Positions 21,372 through 30,392 of a DNA stretch of 39,569 nucleotides are shown piece by piece. Position numbers and translations under genes: made by a program. The notes beneath the pieces are model-generated. The model ran no database searches, was not told where the DNA came from, and saw only the letters and a program-made list of their open reading frames with translations. Origin of the DNA: Opitutia bacterium. GTDB taxonomy: Bacteria > Verrucomicrobiota > Verrucomicrobiia > Opitutales > T3Sed10-336. The stretch's first letter is position 1; every line of letters starts with the position of its first letter. The stretch spans positions 1 through 39,569 of the forward strand of contig JBJHCF010000046.1 of assembly GCA_050506795.1 (NCBI GenBank), written 5' to 3'.

Positions 21372-22202
21372 ATGGGCATTTCAAAAAACACCCAACGAGC
21401 AATCGAAGTCTTCGTGCTGATCGTCGCGGCAATTTTTGTCATGCCGATCATCCTGGTCTTCATCACCTCATTCAAGCCCGAGCCGGAGATCATCCGCTTC
21501 CAGGGAATTCTTCCCGTCCAATGGACCCTGGAAAACTTCCGTGAGATTCTTGGCAACCCGGAGGAGATTCCCATCTTTCGCTGGCTGCTCAACAGCCTGT
21601 TCATTTCCTCCATGGTCACCTTGCTGGTGCTGACGGTAAGCTCCATGGCCGCCTACGCGCTCGCGCGTCTGAATTTGCCCGGGGGGCGTATTCTTTTCTT
21701 TCTGATTATCGCCACTCTTATGGTACCGCCGCAGATTCTGCTCGTGCCGGTCTACCTCATCCTCAATACCCTGGGTTGGCTGGATACTCCGCTCGCCCTG
21801 ATCATACCGGCAGGCGCCGGCGCCTTCGGCGTCTTCCTGCTGCACCAGTTTTTTAAAGGAATACCCAAGGACCTGGAAGAAGCGGCCGCCATCGACGGCT
21901 GTTCCAAGCTTGGTATTTACTGGCATGTTATTCTGCCGCTCTCCAAACCCGCGCTGGCAACTCTGGGCATCTTTACCTTTATCGGATCCTGGAACGACTT
22001 TATGGGACCGCTGATCTTTCTCGATTCGGTGGAAAAATACACGCTTCCCGTGGGTATCGCCCTGTTCCAGACCTCCTATTATGCCGAATACGGCCTTACC
22101 CTGGCGGCCAGTGTCATATGCACCTTTCCCATCATCGTCGTATTTCTCTTTTTCCACAAGTTCATCATTCGCGGGATCGCGATGTCCGGCCTGAAAGAGT
22201 GA
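21372..22202 (+). CDS. Carbohydrate ABC transporter permease
   Basis: NSLF, AAYALAR, IPKDLEEAAAIDG, WNDF. Confidence 0.92.
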   Translation: MGISKNTQRAIEVFVLIVAAIFVMPIILVFITSFKPEPEIIRFQGILPVQWTLENFREILGNPEEIPIFRWLLNSLFISSMVTLLVLTVSSMAAYALARLNLPGGRILFFLIIATLMVPPQILLVPVYLILNTLGWLDTPLALIIPAGAGAFGVFLLHQFFKGIPKDLEEAAAIDGCSKLGIYWHVILPLSKPALATLGIFTFIGSWNDFMGPLIFLDSVEKYTLPVGIALFQTSYYAEYGLTLAASVICTFPIIVVFLFFHKFIIRGIAMSGLKE

Positions 22203-22399
22203 CCTAAGGGCGATGCCTTGTGGGCTCGCGTTTGGAAATTGTCGTATCGACATTCGGCAACGCATGCCTTATACAAACTGAGCCCCACTCCAAGGTTTGC
22301 ACTGCTTATAGCGCAAGCGAACCCTACGACTAAGCCATAAATCCATCTGGCGTCATTCCTCGATATAACCCAATATCGTATTCGCATACACAAATCCTC

Positions 22400-22429
22400 T
22401 GGACAAAGGTTATATTAAATGCTGATAAT
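22400..22429 (+). promoter_or_regulatory. Candidate sigma70 promoter
   Basis: TGGACA, 18-bp spacer, GATAAT in an AT-rich intergenic region. Confidence 0.4.
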
Positions 22430-22480
22430 GTGTCAGAATCCGGAACGTGTTCCGGTTTTTGACAACTAACAAGACAACAA

Positions 22481-23023
22481 ATGGCTATTAAAACATTGGG
22501 CAAAAAGTACCGAAACGAATCCGATGCGATTCGGGCTCTTCAAAGCGAGTTGGCAAAGCTGGAGCAGAAGCGCAAAGCACGCAACTCGGCCAAACTAAAA
22601 CAACTGCCGAAACAAGCCGGATTCTCCAGCGTGGACGAACTCATCGAGAACCTGGCCGAACTCGCCAGTCCAACCCTCAGAACCCGAATCCTCGGCGGCG
22701 ACGCTGCGCCTCGCAAAGGCACGGCACGTAAGAAAAAGCGGGCCGCACGCAAAGGTGCCGCCCGGAAATCTGCTGTAAAAACGGCAACCAAAAAATCCGC
22801 TGCTAAAAAAGCTACCGGCAAAAAGAAGGTAGCCCGTACCAAAAAGACCGCCAAAAAAGGCGCGAAGAAACGCTCACGGGCTCAAGTCACCGCGGAAACC
22901 GTTGAGAAAATGAAGGACGCGTTCGCGGCCAAAATACCCGGACCGAAGATCGCTGAACAATTCGGTGTTTCGCCGTCTACAGTGCACAACGTAAAGAAAC
23001 GTCTCGGTCTGGTTAAGGCCTGA
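22481..23023 (+). CDS. Basic histone-like DNA-binding protein (N-terminal coiled coil, K/A-rich linker, C-terminal HTH)
   Basis: ALQSELAKLEQ coil, KKSAAKKATGKKK linker, IAEQFGVSPSTVHNVKK HTH. Confidence 0.75.
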   Translation: MAIKTLGKKYRNESDAIRALQSELAKLEQKRKARNSAKLKQLPKQAGFSSVDELIENLAELASPTLRTRILGGDAAPRKGTARKKKRAARKGAARKSAVKTATKKSAAKKATGKKKVARTKKTAKKGAKKRSRAQVTAETVEKMKDAFAAKIPGPKIAEQFGVSPSTVHNVKKRLGLVKA

Positions 23024-23046
23024 TTCGGTTTCTCTCAGGCACTGCC

Positions 23047-23086
23047 AAAAAAAGCAGCCGGCGCATCAGCGCCGGCTGCTTTTTTT
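23047..23086. terminator. Bidirectional Rho-independent terminator
   Basis: A7-GCAGCCGGCGC-ATCA-GCGCCGGCTGC-T7 between convergent genes. Confidence 0.92.
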
Positions 23087-23121
23087 ATGCGTTTACGGAG
23101 AAACGGTCGCGCAATCCGAGA

Positions 23122-23607
23122 TTACTCGACAATCATAATGCCCTTCATTCCGGCGGGCGTATGGCCGGGAAACGAGCAGACGAAAGGATATTCGCCGGCC
23201 ACGTCCGGAGCGGTGAAGTTTAAGGTGTACTCTTCACCAGGCCCAAGCACAGGCGTCGCGGCGAGGACCTGATCCTCGAGCTCGGGATCAATGTACTCAT
23301 TGTCCGGATGCCGCTGGGACGCCATCGAAAAAGCGTCCGGGTCGGTCCCCAGGGTCAAAACCGCCAGGTTGTGCCCCATCACGTTTTTCGGCATCTGACC
23401 GATATTCTGAAAAACCAGAGTCACTTCGGATCCGGCCGCCACCGTGAACTCGGTGGGACTGAATTGCATTTGATCATTGCCGGTAATCACCACACGCCCG
23501 GGTTCAGCACCGGGTGCAGGCGATTCCGGTCCGCCGCAAGCGGACAGAAACAGGACCGCCGCCGCGCAGGAAGCGATTGTTTTTAACCAGGAAGTCTTCA
23601 TTATCAT
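23122..23607 (-). CDS. Azurin/auracyanin-like blue copper lipoprotein
   Basis: Lipobox LSAC, GNDQMQF, MGHN, CSFPGH…M type-1 Cu ligands. Confidence 0.9.
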   Translation of the reverse strand: MIMKTSWLKTIASCAAAVLFLSACGGPESPAPGAEPGRVVITGNDQMQFSPTEFTVAAGSEVTLVFQNIGQMPKNVMGHNLAVLTLGTDPDAFSMASQRHPDNEYIDPELEDQVLAATPVLGPGEEYTLNFTAPDVAGEYPFVCSFPGHTPAGMKGIMIVE

Positions 23608-23712
23608 GATATAGGATGTGTTTTCGTTTTCAGTCCGGGGAAATAAGTTTCCCCGGACTTTGTTTACCTTATGGATTTTTTACAGGACGTCGAGAATGGA
23701 CCTGCCGAATTC

Positions 23713-25728
23713 TCAACGTTTGCGCAGCAGACTGACAAATGAAACAAGCACCGCCAGACCCGCCAGGACGAATGCCATCCCGGCCAGCCCCCGCCCGGGG
23801 CCTCCGACAAGGCCCTCCAGATCAGGCAACGGCTCTTCTTTGACAATGACCCGTCCCGCCATGTAGGGGTGAGGGGTGCAGATGTAGTCGTACTCGCCTT
23901 CCAGCTCAAAAGTGAAGCTGAACTCTTCACCGTGAGCCATCAGCTGCGAAACAAACCGCTCCGGAGGTTCGCCCACCGAAACCACATTGTGAATACCCGA
24001 AAATTCCCCGGCAAGGTAGGAAAACACGTCCTCGTTGATCCAGGTCACCGTCGTGCCCGGAGTCACCTGTATGACCTTAGGCGAATAGGAATTGCCCAGA
24101 ATTCTGACGTAGACCTGGTCGGTATCGCGCCCGTACACCACCGGTTCATCTCCGGGGCCGTCCGCCGGACGGTAGGGAGAAATCACACGCGTGGCGCTTT
24201 CCTTCATTTCTTGCAGTTCCTCCTGGGTGTGTTTCGGCCCATCCGAGAGTATGGTCACCGGGGTTTCGGCCTCCCGGTCGGCAACAAGCAGACCGATGGT
24301 ACCGCGACTGGCTTCACCGACACCGTGAGTCAGCATCGTGTAGGCGCCTTCATCCGGCGGCACCCGAAATTCGATCACCCATGAATCGGAAGGACCGGCG
24401 GTAACGGTTTGTCCGCCCGGCATCACCGCATCAGGGTGCCCCTGCCAGTAAACATAGTCCCAGACGATGCCGACGAAATGAAATGTCGACAGTTCGTTCG
24501 GCCCCACGTTCAGGAAATAAATCCGAACATAATCGCCCGGCCGCACGTTGATAGGCTCCTCCACATAGCGGAAGATTTTCCCATTGAACATGGTGTACAG
24601 CGGAGATCCCTCAACCGCATCGCGACCGCTGGCATAAATTCCGTGCTGAACGATGTGCAGCGTCACATCGGGTTCATGCCCCAGTTCCTCTTCGAGCCGG
24701 TATTTCTTTTCCGCCGGCTCGATGACCATCATGCCATACTGCCCGAACTGCACGTGCATGGGAATCGCGTGCCCGCCCGGCGCGCAGTGGTACATGAAAA
24801 CCCCGGGCTGAGTGGCGCGGAACTTCACCGACCTGCTTTGGCCGGGAGGAATTTGACCGACGTATTTCGAGGTCTGCGTATTGGCCGCGTGAATGGATGC
24901 ACCATGGGGGACGGTTCCATTGTTGACCACGGTGAATTCAATAATGTCACCCTGGTTCGCCCGAAGCGTCGGCCCGGGGATTTTGCCGTTGGTCACAAAC
25001 CCTTCGTAGATGACCCCGTTTCCAAGATAAACCAGTCCTTCCGAAAGTTCGATGGTGAACTGCACGTCGGGTTCGATGTCCTGGGGCACATAACTCGTGG
25101 TCGGAATCGACAACCCTTCGTCCCGTTTGATGATCTCTATGAAATCGTGTCCCTCATACAGTTCGGGGAATCGCTCGGAAAGCCGGTTGAACATCGGATT
25201 GGGCGCAGCCCCCAGCATATCGAACGAGGTCGGCATCGGCGACGGCGCCGAACCGGTGTCGCAACATTCGTCCACTTCCGGGAGCACCTCCGAGCCTTCG
25301 ACATCAGCATCGACATCAGCATCAGCATCGGCACCGGCATCATCAGCGGCTTCCTCCACGGAAGCCGGTTCCGCCGAAGCTTCGACGGCCACCGGGCTCA
25401 GACTCGAAATTGCCGCCTGTTCCAATCGGACCCTGAACTCGGGGCTTACCTCGGTCATCTCATCAAGCTTTAATCCATGCTGGTTCGCCATCGCCTGGCG
25501 AATATCACGTCCGATCAAACTGTCGGCCCGTTCGTCGAGGATCTGCTCCCCGAAATGAATATTGCAGGAGACACATGCTTTCGCATCAACCGCCGGAAAA
25601 GCGGCAAACGCGGTCAGGGCAAGGATCCATGAAAGGGTGCGGACTTTGCCCGCCCCTGCGGAAAGGAAGGCCCCGAGGCTCCTGGGGGAACCCTCGTCGG
25701 CAGCCATTGGTGTCGGTTTTTTATTCAT
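23713..25728 (-). CDS. nirK: Copper-containing nitrite reductase with C-terminal cupredoxin domain and TM anchor (start 25728 or 25707)
   Basis: NGKIPGPTL, PHGASIH, YHCAP…H…Q, NVGPN…FHFVG, YTMLTH; C-terminal HNV…CTPHPYM. Confidence 0.85.
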   Translation of the reverse strand: MNKKPTPMAADEGSPRSLGAFLSAGAGKVRTLSWILALTAFAAFPAVDAKACVSCNIHFGEQILDERADSLIGRDIRQAMANQHGLKLDEMTEVSPEFRVRLEQAAISSLSPVAVEASAEPASVEEAADDAGADADADVDADVEGSEVLPEVDECCDTGSAPSPMPTSFDMLGAAPNPMFNRLSERFPELYEGHDFIEIIKRDEGLSIPTTSYVPQDIEPDVQFTIELSEGLVYLGNGVIYEGFVTNGKIPGPTLRANQGDIIEFTVVNNGTVPHGASIHAANTQTSKYVGQIPPGQSRSVKFRATQPGVFMYHCAPGGHAIPMHVQFGQYGMMVIEPAEKKYRLEEELGHEPDVTLHIVQHGIYASGRDAVEGSPLYTMFNGKIFRYVEEPINVRPGDYVRIYFLNVGPNELSTFHFVGIVWDYVYWQGHPDAVMPGGQTVTAGPSDSWVIEFRVPPDEGAYTMLTHGVGEASRGTIGLLVADREAETPVTILSDGPKHTQEELQEMKESATRVISPYRPADGPGDEPVVYGRDTDQVYVRILGNSYSPKVIQVTPGTTVTWINEDVFSYLAGEFSGIHNVVSVGEPPERFVSQLMAHGEEFSFTFELEGEYDYICTPHPYMAGRVIVKEEPLPDLEGLVGGPGRGLAGMAFVLAGLAVLVSFVSLLRKR

Positions 25729-25737
25729 AGCGTGCAC

Positions 25738-25779
25738 AGGTTAGCCCAAACGGGCGGATACATTTTTGATCTGAATCAA
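25738..25779 (-). promoter_or_regulatory. FNR/DNR-type class II promoter of nirK
   Basis: Perfect TTGAT-CTGA-ATCAA (25766-25779); minus-strand -10 TAACCT (25743-25738) places the box centre at about -41.5. Confidence 0.85.
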
Positions 25780-25911
25780 TATTAGCTGTAAAAATATTGC
25801 ATCAGGACCAAAATTAGGGTTTCGAAACAATCAACGGAGAAAAGCCGCGCTGATAGACGTGGACAGCTCCCCTGATATCTTGCCCTTCAGATAACATTGA
25901 ACGACGTCCCG

Positions 25912-27978
25912 ATGCAAGCGGGAACGAATCGCCGAGCCGCGGCGAAATTTGACGCCCCAAACAAATACAATCACATTGCTCCCGTGTTCATTGAGGATCT
26001 GGCAGGCCTGCAAAAACTAATGCTGCCGGACCGGTGGCAGGCGGAGGCGATCACGGCGTTGATGGAGAATCGCGATGTGGTTGTGGACGCTCCCACCGGA
26101 TCGGGGAAGACGTTTGTGTTTGAAACATTCATGGAGAAAACCAACTTCTCCCGCCGGGCCGTCTACACGGTGCCCACGCGGGCCCTCGCCAACGACAAAT
26201 TCGCCGAGTGGACCGCCCGGGGATGGAATACCGGCATTATGACCGGAGACGTCGCCATGAACACAAACGCCCCGGTGGTGGTCGCCACCCTGGAAGCAGT
26301 GCAAAACCTGCCATTTGAGAATGCCCGTCCGGCCCTGCTCGTAATCGACGAATACCAATGGCTCGGCGATCCGGTCCGGGGCAATCATTACGAAGGCGTC
26401 CTGATGGCCTTTCCCGCCAGCATTCGATACCTCTTTCTCAGCGGCACGGTAGACAACCCGGACAGCGTCGCCGCCTGGCTTGATCGTCTGGGGCGGCCGG
26501 CCGCGGTCATCCGTCACCGGGAACGCCCGGTGCCCCTGGAGGAAGTCGACGCCAATGAACTCGCCCGCTACTGCCCGGCCAGTGTCCGGGGCTACTGGGG
26601 CAAACGGGTGGCCGGCGCCCTGCGGGAAGACCTGGGGCCGGTGCTGCTTTTTGCGCCGCACCGGCGGGAGGCCGAAAGACTGGCCCGGCAGCTCGCCCGC
26701 GAGATCCCCCTGGCCCGCCCGTTGAGCCTCACCGCCGAACAGGAAAGCGTGCTCGGCCCCAAGCTGGCGAGGCTCCTGCGGCAGCGGGTGGCCTACCATC
26801 ACAGCGGACTTTCCTACGCGCAGCGCGCGGGGGTCATCGAACCCCTGGCCAAGGCCGGCCAGCTTCGGGCCGTTGTCGCCACCCTCGGCCTGAGCGCCGG
26901 CATCAATTTCTCCCTGCGCTCAGTCATGATCACCGCCCAGAGCTACCGGCACCAGGAATTCGAGCACCGCATCCAGCCCCACGAACTGATGCAGATGATC
27001 GGACGGGCCGGGCGGAGGGGAATCGACGAGACAGGCTATCTCCTCTGCACCGAAACCACCCCGCGCCTCTCGCAGGCCCGGCCTCAGCGACTGAAGCGGG
27101 CCGCCCCTTTTCCCTGGGCTTTCTTTCTGCGCGGCTTGCACCGGGGGAGCGAAGCCCGCGAACTCGCCGCCCAATACCGTCAAAGGCTATTCACGGAAAC
27201 CCCGCCCGGACTGGGCGCCGAACAAAGCGGCGCCCGGCCGGTGGAGATCTTTCCGTGCGGCGTCCTCGCCGACACCGGCCGCGCCCGGCTGGTTCGCCGC
27301 AAACACCGTCCCTTCAAACCCTGCCGGACCTGCGCTCTACGGGAAGAATGCCTTGCCCTGAGCCCGGAACCCACCCTGCTCTGGCAGTGGACACGCATCG
27401 GAGTGCTCGATAAACAACTCCGCTTAACACGCCGCGGCGATATCGTCAGGCTGTTCCTCGGACCCGAAGGCCTCGCACTGGCCGCGGCCCTGGAAGACCG
27501 GAAGTACCCTCTCGACAATCTGGTCTTCGATATCGCGGACCTGTTCGGCGGCGAACGTTTTCGCGGCACCAATCCGCGGTGGATGGGCCCCCTCGCCGGC
27601 GCCTGCCGCAAAGCCTATCGCCGGTTCACCATCGACGGCTACCTGCAGGAAGGGGTGCCTCCGCAATATGGCTACGGCGCCTCCGACATCGTGCGGGAAA
27701 TCATCGAATACGGCGCCCGGCGGTCCGCGCTCGCGGTCGATTTCACCGGACGGGGGGACATCGACCGGTTGTTGACCGAATGGCGCGGTTTCCTGCGTCA
27801 GACCGTACAGGCCCCGCCGACCGAAAACCCACGCTATGAAGCCTTTCGCGAGTTGGCGGCCCGGCACACGGCACGCAACGCTTCCGGAACGCTCCCCCCT
27901 CTGCCTCCCCTCACCGCCGAACAACGCGAACCCGTCCGACACCGCTTTTTCCACGCCCCGTACCGCGCCGGAGCCTGA
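25912..27978 (+). CDS. Ski2/HelY-like superfamily-2 helicase (start uncertain)
   Basis: APTGSGKT, VPTRALAN, IDEYQ, LSGT, YHHSGL, AGIN, QMIGRAGRRG. Confidence 0.88.
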   Translation: MQAGTNRRAAAKFDAPNKYNHIAPVFIEDLAGLQKLMLPDRWQAEAITALMENRDVVVDAPTGSGKTFVFETFMEKTNFSRRAVYTVPTRALANDKFAEWTARGWNTGIMTGDVAMNTNAPVVVATLEAVQNLPFENARPALLVIDEYQWLGDPVRGNHYEGVLMAFPASIRYLFLSGTVDNPDSVAAWLDRLGRPAAVIRHRERPVPLEEVDANELARYCPASVRGYWGKRVAGALREDLGPVLLFAPHRREAERLARQLAREIPLARPLSLTAEQESVLGPKLARLLRQRVAYHHSGLSYAQRAGVIEPLAKAGQLRAVVATLGLSAGINFSLRSVMITAQSYRHQEFEHRIQPHELMQMIGRAGRRGIDETGYLLCTETTPRLSQARPQRLKRAAPFPWAFFLRGLHRGSEARELAAQYRQRLFTETPPGLGAEQSGARPVEIFPCGVLADTGRARLVRRKHRPFKPCRTCALREECLALSPEPTLLWQWTRIGVLDKQLRLTRRGDIVRLFLGPEGLALAAALEDRKYPLDNLVFDIADLFGGERFRGTNPRWMGPLAGACRKAYRRFTIDGYLQEGVPPQYGYGASDIVREIIEYGARRSALAVDFTGRGDIDRLLTEWRGFLRQTVQAPPTENPRYEAFRELAARHTARNASGTLPPLPPLTAEQREPVRHRFFHAPYRAGA

Positions 27979-28249
27979 TCCCGGAAGCCGCCTCCCCGGT
28001 TCAATCCTCGCTGGGAAATACGCTGCCCGACAGGTGGCAATCCCTGAAAAAAGCGTTCCCGCCCCTGCGGCCGAAGCCGGGTTGTTGTTTTTTGAACACC
28101 CGGTCTGACACCGGAAAAGGCCTCGACTCGCCCCTGACCCATCCTGTTTTCGCCCCAGGGGCAAAGCCGCCTATCCCCTTTATCCACAATAGCCAACCGA
28201 ACATCCAACCCCGGACCGGGAGGTTTTACTACCATCCGTGAGTCACAAT

Positions 28250-28265
28250 TGGCATACCCCCTGCT
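28250..28265 (+). promoter_or_regulatory. Sigma54 (-24/-12) promoter upstream of amtB
   Basis: TGGCAT-ACCCC-CTGCT has exact GG/GC spacing and lies ~90 bp before the amtB start. Confidence 0.7.
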
Positions 28266-28353
28266 AGCTGGGGGTTTCGCCAGGAAACCGTTCCGGGCGT
28301 GTATCCAAAAACTCAAACCCAGTTGCAGACAGAAAAAGCAAAGGAATGACGAT

Positions 28354-29775
28354 ATGAAGCATTGGTATAAACTTATTTTAACTATGGCGGGGGCCTTCCT
28401 CCTGGCAGCCGCACCGGGATCACCGGTCCAGCTTCAGGCGCAGGAGGCCGAAGCCGCTTCCGAATATGAACCGACCGAGGACGATCTGGCATTCAAGGCC
28501 GAATACGAGGAAATGGTGGCCGAGCACGGCTTCCACGCTTACGCGTTCGATTTCTTTGTGACCAGCATGCTCTGGACGGTGATCGCCGCCGGCCTGGTCT
28601 TCATCATGCACCTCGGGTTCGCCACGCTCGAAACGGGTCTGACTCGACAAAAGAACGCGGTAAACGTGCTCTTTAAGAATGTGTTCATCATCTCGGCGGG
28701 AATCCTGACCTACGGGCTGATCGGATTTAACATGCACTACCCGGGGGACTGGCAGATTCCCTACATCTTCGGCATCGGAAGCCCGATCGGCGACCTGAAC
28801 GAGGACTTTACCTTCGGCTACGGAGGGGTAGGTCTGGCCATGACCGGTTACGGCGACTTCATCTTCCAGGCCATGTTCGCCGCCACCGCCGCCACCATCG
28901 TTTCCGGAGCCGTGGCCGAACGCATCAAGCTTTCGTCCTTCATGGTCTTCACGATCGTCCTGGTGGCTTTCGCCTACCCGATCGCCGGTTCCTGGCACTG
29001 GGGTGAAGGCTTCCTGGCCGAACTCGCCGTTCCTTTCTATGACTTCGCCGGCTCCTCCGCGGTACACGGCTTCGGCGGTTTCGCCGCCCTGGGCGCGGTA
29101 ATCGTTCTCGGCGCCCGTCGGGGCAAGTACCTCTCCGGAGGTAAAATGAAGCCCATTCCCGGCCACAATATTCCTCTGGCCGCCATCGGAGTGTTCCTGC
29201 TCTGGTTCGGATGGTTCGGATTTAATGGTGGCTCGGTGCTGTCGGCCGAACCGAAAGACCTCGGTCTCGTCTTCACCACCACCGCCATGTCGGCCTCCAT
29301 GGGAGCCATTGCCGCCATATTCACGTCCTGGGCTCTGCTGAAGAAGCCGGATATCACCATGGCCCTCAACGGCGTGCTGGCCGGCCTGGTCGGCATCACC
29401 GCCGGCGCCGACGCCGTCGGCCCCTGGCCCGCGGTCTTCATCGGCGCGGTTTCGGGTATCATCGTGGTCTTCGCCATCATCTTCTTCGATAAAGTCAAAA
29501 TCGACGATCCGGTCGGCGCCATTTCGGTCCACGGCGTGTGCGGGGTCTGGGGAACGGTGGTGATCGCCTTCTTCAATCCGGACATCAGCTTCCTGTCCCA
29601 GGTGATCGGCACGGTCGCGTTCTGCGGCTTCGCCTTTGTGGTCGCCGTTGTTCTGGCTCTGATCCTGAAAGCCACCATGGGCTTCCGGGTGACCGAGGAG
29701 GAAGAGGACGAAGGTCTCGACTACTCCGAACACGGTCAGGAGGCTTATCCCGACTTCGGCAAGGTTACAGGCTAA
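28354..29775 (+). CDS. amtB: Ammonium transporter with N-terminal signal/extension
   Basis: FQAMFA, SGAVAER, DFAGSSAVH, LWFGWFGFN, IDDPVGAISVHG; RBS AAGGA. Confidence 0.95.
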   Translation: MKHWYKLILTMAGAFLLAAAPGSPVQLQAQEAEAASEYEPTEDDLAFKAEYEEMVAEHGFHAYAFDFFVTSMLWTVIAAGLVFIMHLGFATLETGLTRQKNAVNVLFKNVFIISAGILTYGLIGFNMHYPGDWQIPYIFGIGSPIGDLNEDFTFGYGGVGLAMTGYGDFIFQAMFAATAATIVSGAVAERIKLSSFMVFTIVLVAFAYPIAGSWHWGEGFLAELAVPFYDFAGSSAVHGFGGFAALGAVIVLGARRGKYLSGGKMKPIPGHNIPLAAIGVFLLWFGWFGFNGGSVLSAEPKDLGLVFTTTAMSASMGAIAAIFTSWALLKKPDITMALNGVLAGLVGITAGADAVGPWPAVFIGAVSGIIVVFAIIFFDKVKIDDPVGAISVHGVCGVWGTVVIAFFNPDISFLSQVIGTVAFCGFAFVVAVVLALILKATMGFRVTEEEEDEGLDYSEHGQEAYPDFGKVTG

Positions 29776-30210
<435 letters not shown>

Positions 30211-30233
30211 GCAGAACCAAACAATCACAAAAG

Positions 30234-30267
30234 AATCCGGCCTTCCGCAAGGAGGCCGGATTTTTTT
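30234..30267 (+). terminator. Rho-independent terminator after glnK
   Basis: AATCCGGCCTTCC-GCAA-GGAGGCCGGA-TTTTTTT. Confidence 0.9.
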
Positions 30268-30284
30268 GCGCCCGCCCCATCCAC

Positions 30285-30309
30285 TCAAATGCGAATCTTT
30301 TGCATTTGA
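30285..30309. promoter_or_regulatory. Fur-family (Zur-like) operator candidate
   Basis: TCAAATGC-GAATCTTTT-GCATTTGA inverted repeat ~85 bp upstream of the metal ABC operon. Confidence 0.6.
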
Positions 30310-30392
30310 TTATTTCTCATGATTGGACACGATAGAACCCGCAGCCAAATTTGCTGTCACACCAGACAAACCAGTCCGACCGCTTTGATACC

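Noticed and set aside
25550..25580. Heme c binding motif in the NirK N-terminus
   Set aside because: The sequence is CVSCNIH, not CxxCH
28180..28188. Perfect DnaA box TTATCCACA
   Set aside because: Single copy, with no box cluster, unwinding element or origin-linked genes; not evidence for oriC
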